From NCBI GenBank assembly GCA_036785375.1, contig JAWMAR010000115.1, positions 4,712,001 to 4,776,000 on the forward strand: 64,000 nt of DNA. Reading direction: 5' to 3'. A program made the position numbers and the translations under genes. Position 1 is the first letter of the stretch. Each line of letters starts with the position of its first letter. Under the pieces are notes generated by a model, which made no database searches, had not been told where the DNA came from, and saw nothing but the letters and a program-made list of their open reading frames with translations. Below, one piece after another: positions 28,901 through 36,437 of this stretch. Origin of the DNA: Leucoraja ocellata (Eukaryota).

Positions 28901-31900
28901 GGTCCGACAGCTTTTCTTTCCTCATCCAGGTCTTACCTGTTGAATAGGTCTTACCTGAAGAGAAGATTCGGCGGCTACTCTAATGTCACCCCTGATAGCA
29001 CTGTTCACTGCCGGCACTTGTAGCGTGAGGGGAACTCTGGCCCCTTCCGGGTATTCTGCCAATGGCTGGTAACCGACTCTTCTGGCAGCAACACCTTCGT
29101 TTGCGAGGATTCCCAAGAAGACATGCGCATGTGCTCCAGTACGACATACTTTAGAATTTAAAGTCAGTTACACACTGACCACTTGCACTCCCCTCCACAG
29201 AGAAGGAGATTCATAGGCAGCCCTGAAACAGGTGCTGCCGCAGGCCCCTGAGGATACCTGCGCTGATATGGCCCCTCCTATGGACCTATACCAGGATGGG
29301 ACATCACATTTGTGAGATAAACGCCTGAGGGCGCTATCCATGCTCCATTTTACCCATAGATCATGAGTCAGAAAACTGACCCCGAATGCTCCCCTTCTCA
29401 GAGAGGGAGACATTGTGCAGCCCTGTAACAGGTGGCTGCTGCCGCGGGCTCCCGAGGAGTCCCGGAATGATAGCTCCCTCCATTGGAGCATATCATTGTG
29501 GAGCAAACTCTCCATTAGGTACTCCATGTGGGTTAGACGTCCGAAGACACTATCCATTGAAGGAGGGGAACCCTCATGGCCTGACTTGCCCGAGTCCAAA
29601 GGCCTGACCTGCATTGTTGGTTTTACCCCCTTTCAAGGGTACCACAGCAGTCTGGGAGCCGCTGATCATACTGTCAGCGACTGGTGTGACTTCTCCGGGA
29701 TTTACTCCCTCCATGGGAACCATAGCGTCTGGGAACCACTGACCGCATGTCAGCGACTGGGGTAGCGAACCCGCACTTCCGCGGTCCGGACCGGAGTCTA
29801 CCCACGGCCCATAACCGGTTTTCCCGCAGCCCGTCCGGACTTCGCCCCGAAAATATCCAGCAGGAAACCTCTGTAAAAAGAAGTTCCTGCAAGAAAAAAC
29901 AGAACCTGGTAAGGAATACAAAACTTACCTGCAGGTTTAAACTTACCGCTGGCAGGAGAGAAGTACCTGCCAGTCAGTCGTTGCATAATGCGTCTGCGTA
30001 ATTGACGCGCATGCGTTCTGACGACCTTCTTCACGTAGTCACTCACGTGACTCCGAAGTAAAATAATAAAAAGGACTGGACAAGCTAGATGCAGTAAAAA
30101 TGTTCCCAATGTGGGGCGAGTCCAGAACCAGGGGCCACAGTCTTAGAATAAAGGGGAGGTCATTTAAGACTGAGGTGAGAAAATTTTTTTTCGCCCAGAG
30201 AGTTGTGAATTTATGGAATTCCCTGCCACAGAGGGCAGTGGAGGCCAAGCCACTGGATGGATATAAGAGAGAGTTAGATAGAGCTCTAGGGTCTAGTGGA
30301 GTCAAGGGATATGGGGAGAAGGCAGGCAAGGGTTATTGATAGGGGACGATCAGCCATGATCACGATGAATGGCGGGGCTGGCTCAAAGTGCCGAATGTCC
30401 TCCTCCTGCACCTATTTTCTATGTTTCTATGTTTCTATATGCTGCTTGCAGAGTAACCTGTTACAACAATAGTGGTCACTATTCTGAACGTCTCACTCAG
30501 ATGCTCCTCAAATAATGTCCATATTCCTCTTTACCACCGGAAGTTGCTGATTAATCTTTGGAGTCATCTTGAAATATGAAAAAGCCTACAATTCATGGAG
30601 GGTGTTGTGTCCAGCACTGTGGGCAGTGGGAGCGTTGTGGGAATTGGTGCTTATTCTCAAAGTTGGTGTTCTCAACGTTGGTGCAAAAGCTTGTCAGTGA
30701 TCCTTTGGATTAGTTCTACAGGCATCAGGTTTAATAAAAAACATTGGGCAGAAACTCCAGCTGTTGTTTTAATTCTCAGTGAATTTCTTGTTTCCCAGCT
30801 GAACAATCTAATGCAGCGACTGAGGGAGACAACGTTACCCTGACCTGCTCTGTGTCAAAGGTCACTGAGGCAATGACACTTGTTTGCATCAATGGTGATG
30901 GCAAAATAGTGGGAGAGAAAATTTTCAAGGAGCCAAGGCAGGAAGAGACATCTTTACAGCTGATCATTCCAAAAGCTGTTGCAGACAAAAGGAATCATCG
31001 CTGCGGTTTGTTTCTTCACAATACTCCCAAGGTTTTAATTCCATATGGTAAGAATTCATTGCAACCCAATGGTAAGTGTCTTGTCTTCTGCTCTTTGTAA
31101 TTTCCACAGAAACGTAATATTATTTATTTCTTCTAACATATCATATTTCATAACCCACTGCGGTTAGTATCTCTGGTAACTCCTGCCCACTCTGTGGAAG
31201 GGTCTGTGGATCCCACATTATCATCAACAGTAACATCTGAATCCGCAAAACTGGAGAATTAAAAAAAAACATTCTCAGGACTATACGTAGATGTCAGTAG
31301 CATGCTGTTACTGTAGATAAATGTGACACATTTGTCCAGAAATTGGATATCACCTATTCCTTGGGCATTAAGTGTGTGGCGTAGTTACTCCTAGTATCCA
31401 ATGACTGCCTCCTCAAGATCACAAATGGGATGAGAATTAATTTCAAAATTAGCTTTTGGACATTTTTGTCCTGAAACAACAGAGGAGTTGTGTCATTATC
31501 ATTGGGGCGATGGGTGTGTCCTATCACACACAGACATTAATTCAAGACAACGCTCAGACACACAATGAGCACTGTTGCATTTGAGATATATTTTATCAAG
31601 CCCTTCCTCATGTCTCCATCTGCACTTTCATTCAATGATTCAGAAGTCAAGTGAACTCAATAAATATCCAACAATATTTAATGCTTTCTGCTTTAACACT
31701 TCTTCGGGAAAGCTTTGTTTTGCCGACCCTGCAGTTTCAATACACCAACACATGTAAAACTCTCCTGGCAACAGCAACTTTCTTCATGATGGTAACTGTG
31801 AGCTTTTGGTTGCTGTTTATTTTCTCCTGCAGAGCAGCAGTCTCCCTCTGGGTGAGGACAATAGGGCTCTGACTACAGTCGGCTGAGAGTCCACCGAGGA

Positions 31901-34900
31901 ATGAAGACTTTGTTTGTGCTCTGCCTGTGCCTCAGTGACAGTAGAACCCTGCTCCAGCAGCCGCTGCACCAGGGGAGAGGCCACCCCCACACCCACTCCC
32001 ACTGTTGTGTCCCCAACCCTTTGATTGGAAACCTGTGCTCATGGCTCTACAGAAAGCCGTGCAGAAGGTTGGAGATGGGATCTCTGACACTCCTTGACAT
32101 CTCTTCCATGCTGTAAGGCAGAGAAACCTTCCCATGTACTCATCCTCATCACAGTTTCCATCAGACTCCTCTGGGGCAGATCTGAATTTGAACCCTGACC
32201 TCCAAGGAGTTGCTATACAAGCCTCCCAATCCTTTGGTCTAACTACAGCCGACTGCTGCCCAGTCTGAAGTGTCCAGCAAGTGATGGAGCCTTAAACTAC
32301 ATGGGTTTGTGAACAGATTGGCAGGTGTGCAGCATTGATGAACTGGTCAACCTTACTAGAAGAAATGAAAGATTATGCACAAAAATGCACAGAAGAATTT
32401 TCTGCTGCATTGCAATAGAATAGCAATAGGTTGGTCTAGTTCTTGATCAAAAGAAAAAGAAGTACATCTGATTAAATATGAAATAAAATCAGAGAATGCT
32501 GGAAGCATTCATCAGGTCAGAAAGCATCTGTAGAAAGATGAATATAATGAAGGTTGCTGATTGAAAATGTTTTGTGAGAATCCGTCAAAGTATTTTCAGA
32601 CAAAAAAAATAAATTTACACTACTTCAATCTGCACTACAATCTGTGCACCATTCTGCTATTTTGGGCATTCCTTGTAGGAATCCTTATAGCATTTGTCAC
32701 GCATACTGTCAAAAAGGCTTTCAGTACATTCGCCTTGATCAGTCAAAGGATTGTGTATAGAAGTTGGGATGTTATGTTACAGTGTACAAGACGTTGATGA
32801 GGCCGCATTTAGAATATTGTGCTCAGTTTTGGTCACCCTGCTATAGGAAAGATTTTGTTAAACTGGAAGGAATCAGAGAAAATTTATGAGGACATTGCCA
32901 GCACCTGAGGGCCTGAGCTATAGGGAGAAGTTACCAGGCTTGGACATTATTCCGTGGACGGCAGGAAAGTGAGGAATGATATTATAAAGATGTTTAAGAT
33001 TATATGGGGAATAAATGGGGTAAATGCACAGTCTTTTAACCAGAGTAAGGGAATTAAGCTGAGAAGGGAAAGATTAATAGGATATTGAGGCAACATTTTC
33101 ACACAGAGGGAGCTGGGTATATACATTAATAGACATTAGCCAATAGGTGCAGGAGTAGGCCATTCAGCCCTTTGAGCCAGCACTGCCATTCAATGTGATC
33201 ATGGCTGATCATACCCCATCAGTACCCCGTTCCTGCCTTCTCCCCATATTCCCCAACTCCGCTATCTTTAAGAGCCCTATCTTGCTCTCTCTTGAAAGTA
33301 TCCAGAGAACCGGCCTCCACCGCCCTCACAACTCTCTGTGAGATAAAGTGTTTCCTCGTCTCCTTATTCTTAAACTGTGACCTCTGGTTCCGGACTCCCC
33401 CAAAATTGGGAACATGTTTCCTGCCTCTAGCATGTCCAAACCCTTAACAACCTTCTATGTTTCAATAAGATCCCCTCTCATCCATCTAAATTCCAGAGTG
33501 TACAAGCCCAGCCGCTCCATTCTCTCAGCATATGACAGTCCCGTCATCCCAGGATTTAACCTTGTATTAGCTGCCAGAGGAGTTAGATGAGGCATGTATG
33601 ATAACAACATTTAAAAGACATTTTGGGAAGTGCATGGATAATGAAGGTTTAGAGCAGTGGTTCTTAACATTTTTGGCAACAAATTGATATGTTATTTATG
33701 ACCCCTTCATGACCCCTTGCAAAGCCCCAAACGACCCCCCACCCCCGCCCACCCCCCCCCCCCCCCCACCCCCACAGGGGGTCATCACCCCCACGTTAAG
33801 AACCACTGGTTTAGAGGGATATGTGCCAAATGGGTCCAAGTAGGACTCGAGTGGATGGGGCAGCTTAGTTGGCATAGGCAAGTAACGGGGAAGATCCTGT
33901 TTCCCTGCAGTTTGAATTTATCATTATAGAACCCTTGGACAATGGGCAGCATCACAGCTGACTTGGATCCAGCTATCTGCACATATCTCACGCCAGACAG
34001 GGTCGCCGAATTGAAAGCAGGAACAATAACCTGGTGTCATTTGTTTCCTGTTGTTAACTGATGGGTACTGAGGTCAGTTATAGCTCTCAGATCTTCCTGA
34101 GCGAGGTCTGCTAACCTGGATCAGGAAGTAAGTCCAGGACCTCTGGACTCTGCTGGTTAATTATAAACTAGACCACATGATTACAGCTGGAAGATTGGAA
34201 ATGCTTTGGAATGATGGTTTAGAAACTCAAAGTAACATCTGTGCTTATTCTTCTGACAGATTCTTCCCCTCCAAAGGAAATTATTAATATCATTATTATT
34301 AGCATCGTGGCTTCTCTGCTCTTCATTATCCTGACGGTGGTAGTGTTTTGGGGAATTCGTAAGTGGAGAGGTAAGGTGCAATTTTTTTTCTCAATGTGCT
34401 ATAGAGAAAAGAACAGTTACTGGAATTAAATGAATGAATGAATAAATGTATTGGCCAAGTATATTCACATACAACGAATTTGCCTTGGTGGTCCGCCAAG
34501 TGACAACATGACATACAGTGACAGTTAGGAATGACACATAAAACTTTAAACATTAATAAACGAACATTATCGATTAAACATGAATGAAATAAAATACCAG
34601 AGCAAAAGGAGGCTACAGATTTTTGGATACTGAGTAGAGCTGCTACTCGTGTATAAAAGCTGTGTTTATGTCTGTCTGTGGCAGCTTTGACAGTTCGGAG
34701 TCGCCTTCCAGAAGAAGTTATTCAAAGAGTTTATGGCCAGGGTGAGAGGGGCCAGAGTGAGAGATCCTGGCCCTTGCATTGTACAATTTGTCAATGGAGG
34801 GAAGGTTGCAGCCAATTACCTTCTCAGCTAATCGGACGATTAGCTGCAGCCTCTGGATGTCGTGCTTGGTGGCTGAGCCAAACCAAACCATGATGTAGAA

Positions 34901-36437
34901 TGTGAGGACAAACTCTCCGATGAACATCTACGAATTGGACCATGTGCCTGTGGTAGATTGTGCTTCCTCAGCTGCCGCAGGAAGTTCATCCTCTGTTGTG
35001 CCTTTTTGAATGTGGAGTCGATGGTGCCTCCCCCCCCCCCCCCCCATTTAAGTTACTTGGAAACTATGGTTCCCAGAAACTTAAAAGATGCCACAGATGT
35101 GACTGTGGTATTGTTGATGGTGAGTGGGGTGAGGGGAGGGGGTGCTCTCCTAAAGTCTGCAATCAATTCCACTGTCTTAAGAGCATTGAGCTCCAGGTTG
35201 TTACGATGGCACCAGGATGCCAGCTGTGTCACTTCCTGTCTGTAGGCAGATTCCTCCACATCCTGCATCAGTCCATAAATGTGTTTGTGTTTCTGTTGTT
35301 GAGAAGGTGGATTTCACTTTTTTCAGTTCGCTAAAACATTATTATGTCTGAGCTATCAATGTTGTCATGACCAATCTCCTTTGCCTTCAGATCACTTGTG
35401 TCCAACTGAGAGGGCAGAAAGATCTTAGTTTTACAAATAATCACAATGATAATCTCTGATCAGGTGGTACTTCCAATACGGCAGCAATCCCATAATACGG
35501 CAGTAGAGTGTCAGTTTCTATTGTATGATCAGATACTCTTCCAATCTGGTGTGCGTCTTTCTATGTTATGGCACATGGAGTCTATCAGAGAGATACCAGG
35601 GTATGAACAGAACATTCTTTACTGAAAGCAGTAGCTCGCAACTAAACAGCAGTGCCTGGAGCACTGATCATGTGCATGGTGCCGCCCCTCCATTGGTCTG
35701 GCCACTCCTGTGATGCTGACCATCAAACAGCCTGATTGATGTTGCCCTTATGTTAGATTGGTTGCTGCCTCAGTGCTGAATCTCCATGGGCCTGGCCATT
35801 TCCCTCAACATCATCCTCCACAAACCTAAGTGTTGAAAATTCTGCTCCAAAGTTCCCAGCAACAAAAGAGACACATTTATTGGAACAATATTCAATGTTA
35901 ATTTAATTTAGAAGTAATCCCATTCTTATTTTGCTCTATGTAATCAGACTTTATCGGATTTCAATATTCCATATATCCCTAAATGTTGTCCCTGTTTTCC
36001 TTGATCTATGCACTGTGGAAAGCTTGATTGTATTCATGTATTATACTTTTCCTTGACTGGAAAGCACACAAACAATAATGTATTTCAGTGGTCTAGTCTA
36101 GTCTAGTCTAGTCAACACGAAGGTCTCAAAAAGCTGGAGTAACTCAGCGGGACAGGCAGCATCTCTGGAAAGAAGGAATGAGTGACGTTTCAAGTCGAGA
36201 CTCTTCTTCAGATCCAAAACGTGACCCATTTCTTCTCTCCAGAGATGCTGCCTGCCTGCCTCGCTGAATTACTCCAGCATTTTGAGTCCATCTTCGGTTT
36301 AAACCAGCATCTGCAGTTCCTTCCTATACTAAACGAAGGCCTTGACACTTATATAAATTGATTCTTCATTTCAGTCTCTGCAGAAACAGAAGATATCCAT
36401 TATGGATCTATCACCTTCCAGAAAAAAGCGGCAACAG
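7822..36437 (+). CDS. Multi-exon IgSF type I membrane receptor: signal peptide, 8 Ig domains ((V-C2-V-C2)x2), TM and ITIM-like tail; CD4/LAG-3/G6F/DICP-like architecture; at least about 900 aa, last exon not located
   Basis: Eleven exons joined by hand at canonical AG/GT sites: 7822-7909, 9446-9781, 13375-13644, 15297-15641, 15720-15980, 18156-18494, 19743-20015, 20816-21154, 30799-31071, 34260-34370, 36375-36437. All introns are phase 1, every internal exon length is a multiple of 3, and there are no in-frame stops (2698 nt, 899 codons plus 1 nt). Confidence 0.88.
8891..9191 (+). repeat. Direct duplicate of 6518-6805 (regulatory module) inside intron 1
   Basis: Long colinear match with scattered substitutions and small indels. 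AGATAA (8984-8989), GGAAGAGAAA (8997-9006) and TGTGGTT (9036-9042) are retained. Confidence 0.92.
9446..9781 (+). CDS. Ig domain D1 exon (V-like, no canonical disulfide)
   Basis: ctctttccaacag acceptor and AAAG|GTGAGT donor. Translation ...GNITLKGP...VVWEWKP...CNLTIKN...AGFFTL...YEIFGIK. Paralogous to D5. Confidence 0.85.
9904..10601. mobile_element. PIF/Harbinger-type MITE
   Basis: TIRs AGGGCCTGTCCC(C/A)CTTAC and GTAAGTGGGACAGGCCCT, flanked by TTA at 9901-9903 and 10602-10604. Confidence 0.85.
10263..10468. repeat. Fold-back element made of two inverted Penelope-terminus copies, inserted in the MITE
   Basis: Arm ttgaaggtagacacaaa...gggtgatgtttcg is the reverse complement of cgaaacgtcaccc...ttgtgtccatcttcaa. 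Confidence 0.75.
11069..12660 (-). mobile_element. Penelope-like element (RT and GIY-YIG endonuclease), 5'-truncated and decayed
   Basis: [12 protein letters not shown] and LPFLDI RT motifs; CNRRRCNTC...LIYCIRC...YIGKT...RL...EH GIY-YIG region; terminal repeat with hammerhead-like core. Confidence 0.93.
12661..12960 (+). mobile_element. Tx1/L1-type LINE 3' fragment
   Basis: [17 protein letters not shown] resembles a Tx1 ORF2 C-terminus, followed by a T-rich UTR and AATAAA. Confidence 0.55.
13375..13644 (+). CDS. Ig domain D2 exon (C2-like)
   Basis: tttttcacag acceptor and GAGG|GTGAGT donor. GSDVTLSC...LHW...DGKLYVCEV has canonical C-W-C. Confidence 0.92.
14470..14890 (-). mobile_element. 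Penelope-like 3' fragment
   Basis: [23 protein letters not shown] resembles the PLE C-terminus, and the terminus is similar to 11069-11450. Confidence 0.7.
15297..15641 (+). CDS. Ig domain D3 exon (V-set)
   Basis: ctctctgctatag acceptor and AAAG|GTAGGA donor. QLVC...WTW...NRL...DFSVRI...EDAGVYKC is the V-set signature. Confidence 0.93.
15720..15980 (+). CDS. Ig domain D4 exon (C2-like, WxC motif)
   Basis: tttccacag acceptor after a 78-nt intron and AGTG|GTAAGT donor. EGDNVTLTC...LVW...NWRC. Confidence 0.92.
16470..17170 (-). mobile_element. Old CR1 LINE fragment
   Basis: Degenerate CR1 RT sequence (PQGLVLGP-like and EYAVW-like). Confidence 0.6.
17440..17715 (+). mobile_element. tRNA-derived V-SINE-like element
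   Basis: B-box gggttcaatcc and central domain ctccggtttcctcccacat. Related copies at about 41465-41580 (+), 46950-47277 (-) and 48860-49170 (+). Confidence 0.7.
18156..18494 (+). CDS. Ig domain D5 exon (paralog of D1, cysteine-free)
   Basis: ttttctggcag acceptor and AAAG|GTATGT donor. LKGPDSPG...LEWSPH...LDLRI...AGLFTW...WELFVIK. Confidence 0.87.
19743..20015 (+). CDS. Ig domain D6 exon (paralog of D2; F-strand Cys replaced by Trp)
   Basis: gtttccacag acceptor and CAGG|GTGAGT donor. [13 protein letters not shown]...LYTWEV. Confidence 0.9.
20816..21154 (+). CDS. Ig domain D7 exon (paralog of D3, V-set)
   Basis: ctctcttgcag acceptor and ACAG|GTAGGA donor. DLIC...WTW...FADAGVYTC...TIDLITV. 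Confidence 0.92.
21274..21585. mobile_element. Harbinger-type MITE
   Basis: Imperfect TIRs ccctgtcccacggt...gttcattccaagag and ctcttggaatgaac...tgtgggacaggg, in a TWA context. Confidence 0.7.
26950..27362 (-). mobile_element. 5'-truncated L1 insertion inside DIRS
   Basis: Poly(T) on the + strand, ORF2 C-terminus [17 protein letters not shown]...WGPF, and TSD GCACAATAACCC(TTT) at 26938-26952 and 27363-27377. Confidence 0.9.
28287..28452. repeat. Tandem repeat of about 36 nt (about 4.5 copies) within DIRS
   Basis: Unit approximately ctggccataattctgagcctgcctcgaaagacaact, with diverged copies. Confidence 0.8.
30799..31071 (+). CDS. Ig domain D8 exon (paralog of D4); alternative in-frame donor after 31047
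   Basis: ttgtttcccag acceptor. [20 protein letters not shown]...LVCING...NHRCGLF. Donors G|GTAAGA (31048) and G|GTAAGT (31072). Confidence 0.85.
32705..33910 (+). mobile_element. CR1 3' fragment with a nested antisense CR1 3' fragment (about 33126-33566) and a hAT MITE
   Basis: [11 protein letters not shown]-type remnant on +, and a CR1 3'UTR on -. Confidence 0.8.
33655..33808. mobile_element. hAT (Charlie-type) MITE
   Basis: 14-bp TIRs CAGTGGTTCTTAAC and GTTAAGAACCACTG. 8-bp TSD GTTTAGAG at 33647-33654 and 33809-33816. Confidence 0.92.
34260..34370 (+). CDS. Transmembrane exon ([37 protein letters not shown])
   Basis: ttcttctgacag acceptor and AGAG|GTAAGG donor. Hydrophobic stretch of about 23 residues with no charged residue, followed by the stop-transfer RKWR. 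Confidence 0.88.
34428..35275 (-). mobile_element. Rex1/Babar-type LINE 3' fragment
   Basis: [32 protein letters not shown]...FKFLG and a (TTCA)n tail. Confidence 0.85.
36125..36286. repeat. Fold-back inverted Penelope-terminus element
   Basis: 36125-36191 is the approximate reverse complement of 36216-36286. Confidence 0.8.
36375..36437 (+). CDS. Cytoplasmic mini-exon with ITIM-like motif ([21 protein letters not shown])
   Basis: ttcatttcag acceptor, with a second in-frame cag ending at 36383, and ACAG|GTAAAT donor. 63 nt, phase 1-1. I-x-Y-x-x-I preceded by acidic residues. Confidence 0.78.

Larger units (their letters stand above)
24932..30064 (-). mobile_element. DIRS1-type tyrosine-recombinase retrotransposon, structurally complete with decayed ORFs
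   Basis: Inverted terminal repeats at about 24990-25033 and 30002-30044. The internal complementary region at about 25150-25260 joins the reverse complements of both termini. YR ([12 protein letters not shown]), MTase-like ([10 protein letters not shown]), RT/RNaseH and gag-like remnants are present. Confidence 0.93.
22240..30438 (+). mobile_element. CR1-clade LINE with near-complete EN-RT ORF2, frameshifted and interrupted by DIRS
   Basis: YMNAQSI, GITEMW, IYRPP and GSDHN endonuclease motifs; [20 protein letters not shown] and DDTKL RT motifs. It resumes at 30065 and ends in (TTTCTATG)n. Confidence 0.95.

Noticed and set aside
35391-35463. Possible cytoplasmic exon after a good acceptor (ttgccttcag)
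   Set aside because: All three frames hit a stop before the next plausible donor. The phase-1 reading [12 protein letters not shown] could only be a short alternative terminal exon, and there is no support for it.
7822-36437. Naming the gene CD4 or LAG3
   Set aside because: It has eight domains, an unsplit D1 lacking the canonical cysteines, no Cx(C/H) and no (F/Y)xxL(D/E) motif, and no syntenic genes in the window.
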